Shown: piece after piece, positions 55,860 through 64,000 of the stretch | Position numbering within the stretch: position 1 is the first letter of the stretch | How the letters are laid out: each line of letters opens with the position of its first letter | Notes under the pieces: model-generated | What the model was told of the DNA's origin: nothing | Databases searched by the model: none | What the model saw: only the letters and a program-made list of their open reading frames with translations | Translations under genes and position numbers: made by a program | NCBI GenBank assembly: GCA_964016885.1 | Contig: OZ024740.1 | Coordinates: 34,348,001 to 34,412,000, forward strand | Reading direction: 5' to 3' | DNA length: 64,000 nucleotides | DNA from: Eledone cirrhosa | Lineage: Eukaryota

Positions 55860-57435
55860 TGAAACCCAATATTAAAACATTTTTTCCCTCCTACAATTAT
55901 TTTGTCACTCTCTCTCAAAATATTAGCCCTCTCTCACTAAAACATTATACCTTTCTCACCCTCTCTACAAACCGCTGCGTAAATCACTCTTTCTCATTAG
56001 ACCAACATTCTCCCTCTCTCACTAAACCACCAAACTCTCTCCCTCTCTCTATATCCGGCTACATACCGCACTCTCTTACTCTCAAAATTTTCCCTCTCTC
56101 ATTAAACCACAAAAATTCTCTTTCTCTCTATATGCCACTACATACCTCATTCTCTATCATTCTCCCAATTCCCGCTCTCTCAATAAACCACCAAACTCTC
56201 TGCCTCTCTCTATATCCCACTACATTTCCCCCTCTCACACTAGATGACCAAATCCCCCCTTTCTCTATATACCAGTACATACCTCATTCCCTATCACTCT
56301 CATAATTCCCACTCTCTCATTAACCCAAGCTCTCTCTCCCTCAATATTTCTCACTAAATGCTTTACTCTCGATCGCTTTCACAATTTCACATCTTTCACT
56401 ATGCGTCCAAACTCTCTGCCCTCTCTATATCCCACTACACACCTCACTCTCTTTTACTCCCTTAATTCCCCTTCTCTCACTAAACAAACAAATTCTTTCC
56501 CGCTCTCTATATCCCACTACATACCTCACTCTCTCTCACAACACCCCTCTCTAATTAGACCACCAAATTCTCCCACCCCTCTCTCTATCCCACTACAAGC
56601 CTCACTCTCTCTCACAATTGCCCCTCTCTAATTAGACCACCAGATTTTCTCTCCCTCACTCTATACCATTACATACCTAACTCTCTCCCAATTCCCCTTC
56701 ACTCACTATACCACTACATTATCTCCCCCTCTCTATATACCATTACATACCTCCTCTCTATATTCCACTACATACCTCACTCTCTCTCACTCCCTTAATT
56801 TACTCTCTCATTAAACCAACACACTCTCTCCCCACTCTCTATATTCAACTACATACTCACTCTCTCTCACTCTCACAATACCTCCTCTCTCACCAGGCCA
56901 ATAAGCTCTCTCCCTCTCTCTATAACTCACTACATACCATACTCTCTCACAATTCCCCCTCTCTATATTCAACTACATACCTCACTCTCTTTCACTCTCT
57001 TAGTTCCCCCTCTCTTTCACCAAACCAACAAATTCTTTCCCGCTCTCTATCCCACTACATACCACATCACTCTCACAATGCCCCCTCACTAGACCACAAA
57101 TCAATATCCCCCTCTCTATATCCTACTACATACATCACTCTCTCTCACAATCACCCCTCTCTCACTAGACCACCAAATTCTCTCTCCTTCTCTATATACC
57201 ACTATATACCTCACTCTCTCTCACTCTCTTAATTTCCCCTCTCACACTAGACCACCAAATTCTCTCCCCCTCTCTATATTCCCCTACATACCTCACTCTC
57301 TCTCATTCTCACAATATCCCCTCTCTCAAGAGGCTAATAAACTTTCTCCCCCACTACATACTTCACACTCTCTCACAATTCTCCCTCTCTCACTAGACAA
57401 CCAAATTCTCTCTCTCTCTATATATCCCACTACAA
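55860..57435. repeat. Degenerate CT-rich minisatellite (~60-75-bp unit)
   Basis: Recurring CTCTCTATATCCCACTACATACCTCACTCTCT..CACTAGACCACCAAATTCT; almost no G on the + strand. Confidence 0.85.
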
Positions 57436-57667
57436 TATTTTTTATTTTGAAACAACAAATGTTTTTATCTTCTGTAAAGAACGACACAGTTCTCCATCCT
57501 CTCCCCCACCTTTTGAAGCCCTGGGTGTGGGGGCGATCTTTCTTTTTTTTGTGGTGTGCTTTTGTTGAATTATTTGACAGGAGTTTAAAATGTGTAGTGG
57601 TGGAGGGTGGTGGTGGTGGTGGTGGTGATGTTGTAGAGGGTGGTGATTGTGGTGTTTGTTTATTTTG

Positions 57668-57758
<91 letters not shown>

Positions 57759-57761
57759 TTA

Positions 57762-58270
<509 letters not shown>

Positions 58271-58352
58271 ATGTAAGCCATCACCGTATTTTGAATAAAA
58301 AATTAAAGAAATTATTTAGCCTGATAGTGGGGTTAAGAACCCTCGGAGAAAA

Positions 58353-58462
<110 letters not shown>

Positions 58463-58785
58463 GAAAGTATAGAAATTATTGCGAGCATGAAGCCAACAGT
58501 ATTTCATAATATATATATATAAGTGACTATAACGTCAACATGGAAAAATAGTTAACCTAAGATGTGGGAAAATAATTCAAACTCAATTAAAAAAAATCAA
58601 GACATAAATTTATCCACAGAATTTTGTGAAATCCATGGAAAAATCAATAGAGCCTTAACTCAGAATAAAATAAAGTTTAAATAGATTTAAATCAATTTGG
58701 AAAAAGTACAAATGCTCTGTATAGTCTTAAAAAGACTATTTCACCAAACTATACACAGACATGTATATAATGTAAAATGAAATTG

Positions 58786-58844
<59 letters not shown>

Positions 58845-58846
<2 letters not shown>

Positions 58847-59547
58847 TTTTTGAGTTTATGTTGGTTGTATACCAACACCTCAGTATGCAGGCTGGAGCAC
58901 TCGACGAAGTGCGCAGGTTGGTTTGGTTACTCCGGAGTAGTGTAAAATAAAGTTAAATAAAAGTCAAATGATTAAAATTTAGCTTCGTTTATTACTGCTA
59001 TATATATTTCAGTGACAGCCATCTTTGGCTGTGACCTCTTCAGGCAGTTTGAATTAGTATGGTATAGACAAGTACATATGTTGTTTAGGTGTATGATATT
59101 GTCAATACTCTGATATGCCCAGTTCCTTGCTGGGTTGTTAATTCACTGGGGAACTGGAGTCATATGAATTCAAACAAACGAATTTTCGTGTCACAGGTCC
59201 CCTTCTCCTCTCATTGGTCAGTTATTAGTGTTGTCATTGTTGGAGTTAGCTTAAAAATTGATAAAATGGTAGAAGGGACAAGGTGTTGAAGGAACAAAAT
59301 ATCAAAAAATGTGTCAAACTTCCCATTGTTCAGTTCTGAGAGCATTCCTCAGTCAGAAGTCTATAGAATTCTTTCTGGGGTGAGGCTCCCTGTAGTGTTT
59401 ATGCCTGCTATTGTTCAGTACATTTGACCTCCACCATTATTTTGGTACTGTTGTTGTTGTAGTGGTCAGCTTATATCTTGCTGCTGCTAACAATTTAGAA
59501 GTATTCAGTTTGTGTTTTCTCTTCATCCCACCCGCCACCATCGTAGT

Positions 59548-59550
<3 letters not shown>
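58845..59550 (-). mobile_element. Non-coding Penelope 3'-terminal copy (~705 bp) inserted in (TA)n
   Basis: Reverse-complement copy of ~49465-50193, with (TA)n on both sides. Confidence 0.85.
58994..59048 (-). ncRNA. Minimal type I hammerhead ribozyme, copy 3
   Basis: The reverse complement is identical to 49991-50045. Confidence 0.85.
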
Positions 59551-59622
<72 letters not shown>

Positions 59623-59772
59623 ATGTGCGTGCGTGTAAATATATATACACACACACGTATATATATGGGCCTTCCAATTTCATTTTACATTATATACATG
59701 TCTGTGTATATTTTAATTATTTAAAAATTATTTAGCCTGATAGTGGGGTTAAGAACCCTCGGAGAAAAATAA

Positions 59773-59846
<74 letters not shown>

Positions 59847-60169
59847 GAAAGTATAGAAATTATTGCGAGTATGAAGCCAACAGTATTTCATAATATATAT
59901 ATATAAGTGACTATAACGTCAACATGGAAAAATAGTTAACCTAAGATGTGGGAAAATAATTCAAACTCAATTAAAAAAAATCAAGACATAAATTTATCCA
60001 CAGATTTTTGTGAAATCCATGGAAAAATCAATAGAGCCTTAACTCAGAATAAAATAAAGTTTAAATAGATTTAAATCAATTTGGAAAAAGTACAAATGCT
60101 CTGTATAGTCTTAAAAAGACTATTTCACCAAACTATACACAGACATGTATATAATGTAAAATGAAATTG

Positions 60170-60254
<85 letters not shown>

Positions 60255-60499
60255 TGCGTGTAAATATATATACACACACACGTATATATATGGGCCTTCC
60301 AATTTCATTTTACATGATATACATGTCTGTGTATATTTTAATTATTTAAAAATTATTTTTAAGTGAACATGATTTTAAAAAAAGTATTTTTAAGGGAACA
60401 TGACCCAACGGGTGACGGGTGGTGTATTTTATCATAAAACCCGGATCAACCCATGCATTGCAGTGAAATTGGGTGGACGGAAACTGTTTTGGAGCCTGT

Positions 60500-60670
60500 A
60501 GAATGGACTGTATCTGTAATTCAAGGAGCTAGCCTTGTCATACACTGTCATATTGAATTTTCCTGAGAATAACGTTAACGAAACTCGTGTCTGTGGAATG
60601 CTCAGCCACTTACACGTTAATTTCATAAGCAAGCATTACAATCAGCGGGAAGATTTCAGTGTTGTTCTTC
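60500..60670 (+). mobile_element. SINE 3' fragment of the same family as 55308-55618
   Basis: CTGTAATTC..AGCCTTGTCATACACTG..GTGTCTGTGGAATGCTCAGCCACTT. Confidence 0.6.
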
Positions 60671-61318
60671 AATCAAATGTTAACATTTTAATATTTTTTA
60701 GGAATTTTCTTATATTACATTATTAAAAGGGAAATTAATTCTACAGAACACTAATTATAACAATTAGTAGAATTGTGGAATATCTTAGTCCTGAGAGGCA
60801 ACAATAAATAATGAATATTAAAACCCTCCTAAATATACACCTGAGTACAAGAATTTAGTGACAATAAAACAAGTGAAACAGTCGAAGTTTAATAGTAGCC
60901 ATTATAATAACGATATTGTCAATAAATAAAACAATACTAGTGCTACCATATAGACCAGGAGGCTATATGGTAGCACCAGGAACACACGTCTCGCATACTA
61001 CTTTCCTATGGCCCGCGACAGATCAATTTTCGTGACTAATTAAAGAAAATTTAAAACAGAAAATTTGTTCCCCTATATTTTGTACTAATTCACATACTTC
61101 ACTTACTAGCATATACATATTCATTTTGAAGAAAAAAAATTGTAGATTAGCATTATAAGTGGTGGAAATCATGCCACCCCTCATCTCACTTTTGACCCAC
61201 TGTGCCTCTCCCCCAGCACACAATGGCCCCTTTGTGACTTTGAGTTTGAGACTCCTGATATAGACGTTGAATTTACTATTTGATATATTGTTACTTGGAA
61301 ACATATTTCTATTTTCAG

Positions 61319-61464
61319 TTTCGCTATAGTACACCGTTCGATAAATTTCTCATGATAATTGGAACATTTGCTGCTATTGGACAAGGAGGCTCCTTAATTT
61401 GTTTTATATTGGCAATGGCCAATGGCTTGGATAAGTTATCCACGAATAAATCACCTGCAGAAAG
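61319..61464 (+). CDS. Coding exon of an ABCB1/MDR (P-glycoprotein)-like ABC transporter, N-terminal TM1 region
   Basis: TTTTCAG acceptor and AG/GTATGT donor. FRYSTPFDKFLMIIGTFAAIGQGGSLICFILAMANGLDKL resembles ABCB FRYS/A..DK.LM..GT.AAI.HG. The paralogue cannot be determined. Confidence 0.8.
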
Positions 61465-61544
61465 GTATGTAGATTGTATGACTTTTATACCAGCGTTTAA
61501 AACAGGCAAGTGAATTGTTTCTATTAATTTCATAGTAAAAGAAA

Positions 61545-61750
61545 AGTAGATTAGCAGTATCGGCAGAGCGTCGCAACATTCTGTGTGGCATATACTTACG
61601 TCCCTTTACGTTCTGAGTTCAAATCTCGCCGAGGTTAGCTTTACATTTCATCCTTACGGTTACGATAAAATAACGCACTGGGGCGATTTAATCGCCCCCC
61701 CCCCCCCTCCCCAATTTTTGACCTTGTACCTAAATCAGAAACCATTAAAT
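61545..61750 (+). mobile_element. tRNA-derived SINE, second family
   Basis: GTTCTGAGTTCAAATCTCGCCGAGGTTAGCTTTACATTTCATCCTTACGG. Related pieces at ~44770-44935, ~62150-62250, ~62400-62525 and 63215-63540. Confidence 0.65.
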
Positions 61751-61852
61751 TCATAGTAAAACAAAACGTTGCTTTAATAGTTTTCAAACGAAAGTTGGAG
61801 CTCAGTTAGCAAAGGACAGTAACAATTATTTCTAGTCATTTATCATATGAGT

Positions 61853-62115
61853 GGAGGTGCGTGACCTCGTGGTAAGGGTGTTGGATTTACGATCATAATG
61901 TCGTAGGTTCGATTCCTGGACTGGGTTGTGTGTTGTGCTCTTGAGCAAAATACTTTATTTCACGTTGTTCCAGTATACTCAGCTGAAAATGAGTACCAAC
62001 AGTAATTGGCAGTTTAACCCTGCGATGTACTGGTGGGGAGTCTTGTACTCTCTGTCGCTTCACACCACGGAAATTATGATAAGCACCGGCCTGATAAGCC
62101 TTCAGACTTGAGACA
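61853..62115 (+). mobile_element. tRNA-derived SINE
   Basis: A-box-like GTGACCTCGTGG, B-box GGTTCGATTCC, then CTTGAGCAAAATACTTTATTTCACGTT. Confidence 0.75.
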
Positions 62116-62560
62116 GACTTTAGACTTTTTAGATTTATCATATCCATCTAAGTTCTGAATTCAAATAGCTCTCAAGTTTGACTTTACCTTTCATCTCTCT
62201 TGAGTCGATAACACTAGTTATATACTGAGAATAGATTCAGTTGAATGTGGTTAGCAAGAGAAGTTATTATCTGAAATTGAGGTGAATAGTATCAAGAATC
62301 CTTTCACTGACCCGCAACACTACGGTAGAAACCGTGATAATCTCATGAAGTATTTTGGGAGAAAACATAATCCTTTATCATTTGAGATTTCCTACTTTAA
62401 CTTATGTAAGATAGCGAATTCGTAGAGTCGTTAGATTGTCGGACTAATTGATTTGTGGCATTCGTTCCTGTTCCTTGTACTGTGTTCAAATCCTGCCGAG
62501 ACCAACTTTGTCTTTCATCCTCTCCATTGCTTCCTCTCTATATCTTTCTTACTTCTTCTG

Positions 62561-62704
<144 letters not shown>

Positions 62705-62857
62705 CTCCTTCTCTGGAAGAAATCGGCTGCGTTTAAGGCTGGGGACGAGATGAGCTGGGCCAGGTTTAAAATACGGCACCCCTACCAGTTAAGGGTTCTT
62801 ACACACAGTCTAACATGTATAAATTACGTTTAAGTGATGTTTCAAGAAATCTACAAA

Positions 62858-62970
62858 GCGTGTGGCTGAGTGGTTAGAGAATTGGATTCGGAATCGTGAG
62901 ATTGTGAGTTCGATTCCCAGACCAGGCGATACGTTATGTCCTTGGGCAAGACACTTTATTTCACGTTTCT
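62858..62970 (+). mobile_element. tRNA-derived SINE 5' fragment
   Basis: TGGCTGAGTGG (A box), GTTCGATTCC (B box), CCTTGGGCAAGACACTTTATTTCACG. Confidence 0.75.
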
Positions 62971-63214
62971 CCTTCTACCTGGAGTTGTGACCGATGGATA
63001 GTATTAGCTATTGGAAAGACTAATGGAAACATTGTTTCCTCGGTCCGATTTGACGAAAGTTGATCGACTGTCGACACATATCATGCCTACAAAAGTGAAC
63101 TAAAGGTAGCAGCTCGATTATCTTAATCTGGAGTCAAATTATATTTTCTTTGCAGTTGGAATTCTTTTTGGTTGGATCTTCAGTGAAATATAATTCCTCC
63201 ATATTATTTTCACG

Positions 63215-63540
63215 GTCTGAGTTCAAATCCCGTCGAGGTTAACTTTGCCTTTCATCCTTACGGGGTCGATAAAATAAAGTACCAGTAATTGCTGGCTTTG
63301 TGCCAAAAAGTAGAAACAATTATTTTCACATTGGAAAAAGGCGGTGGATTGGCAGTATCGGTAGAGGGTCGGACGCCATGCTTTTACGCATAGAGTTACG
63401 GCCCTTGCCATTCTGAGTTCAAACCCCGTCGAGGTTAACTTTGCCTTTCATCCTTACGGGGTCGATAAAATAAAGTACCAGTAATGTACTGGGTAATTGC
63501 TGGCCTTATGCCAAAAGTAGAAACAATTATATTCACATTG
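63215..63540 (+). mobile_element. Two tandem copies of the second SINE family
   Basis: TCTGAGTTCAAA.CCCGTCGAGGTTAACTTTGCCTTTCATCCTTACGGGGTCGATAAAATAAAGTACCAG at ~63217 and ~63412. Confidence 0.75.
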
Positions 63541-63639
63541 CAAATGTAGCTTAATGATAAATTGTTTCATCGATAATCGCTCTTAATACTTGCATGATCC
63601 TATATTGTGTTTGTGTTTGTGATATTTTTAATAAGGATA

Positions 63640-63817
63640 CTACCACCACCCCAGCACCAGATCAGCACACCCCAGCACCACCAGAAGCACCGCCACCACT
63701 ATCATTACCACCACCACCACCACCACCATCATCATCGTCATCATCACCATCAGCATCAGCAACAGCAGCACCAGCACCAGCACCACCAGCAACACCAGCA
63801 CCACTATCATTATCATT

Positions 63818-63850
<33 letters not shown>

Positions 63851-63977
63851 CTCACCAGCAGCAGCAGCAGCAGCAGCAGCACCACCACCACCACCAGCCG
63901 CACCAGCACAACCACCAACACCAGCTCCAGGAACAGCAGTAGCAGCACCATCACCAGCACCGCCACGACCACCACAA
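63640..63977 (+). repeat. Compound CAN trinucleotide low-complexity tract (CAC/CAT/CAG)
   Basis: Direct reading. Confidence 0.9.
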
Positions 63978-64000
63978 TAGAAAACTTTAATAGCAACAAC

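Noticed and set aside
63594-63999. Poly-His/Gln or Pro/Ala/Ser-rich protein
   Set aside because: A CAN trinucleotide tract open in several frames on both strands, with no convincing exon boundaries.

Overview
Eukaryotic, extremely repeat-rich DNA. The SINE types and microsatellite load suggest an octopus or other coleoid cephalopod (inference, not verified). (1) 1-29920 is a ~47-bp tandem satellite with nested higher-order duplications and a more divergent right edge. (2) 30370-43970 is a ~13.6-kb chain of 12 non-LTR retro-insertions, mostly separated only by (TACA)n. It contains RLE-type R4/Dong-like elements and RTE-clade elements, including two short families made of an RTE 5' UTR fused to an RTE 3' end. 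The two clades lie in opposite orientation relative to the microsatellite. (3) Two exons (45564-45634, 61319-61464) of an ABCB1/P-glycoprotein-like gene splice in frame across a 15.7-kb intron. That intron holds a hAT fragment, three decayed Penelope-like elements beside (TA)n tracts, three intact minimal hammerhead ribozymes, a filled/empty insertion-site pair, a CT-rich minisatellite and SINEs. No intact transposon ORF and no CRISPR array were found, and most ORFs in the supplied track are repeat artefacts. All coordinates and alignments were read by eye; no searches or folding were run.
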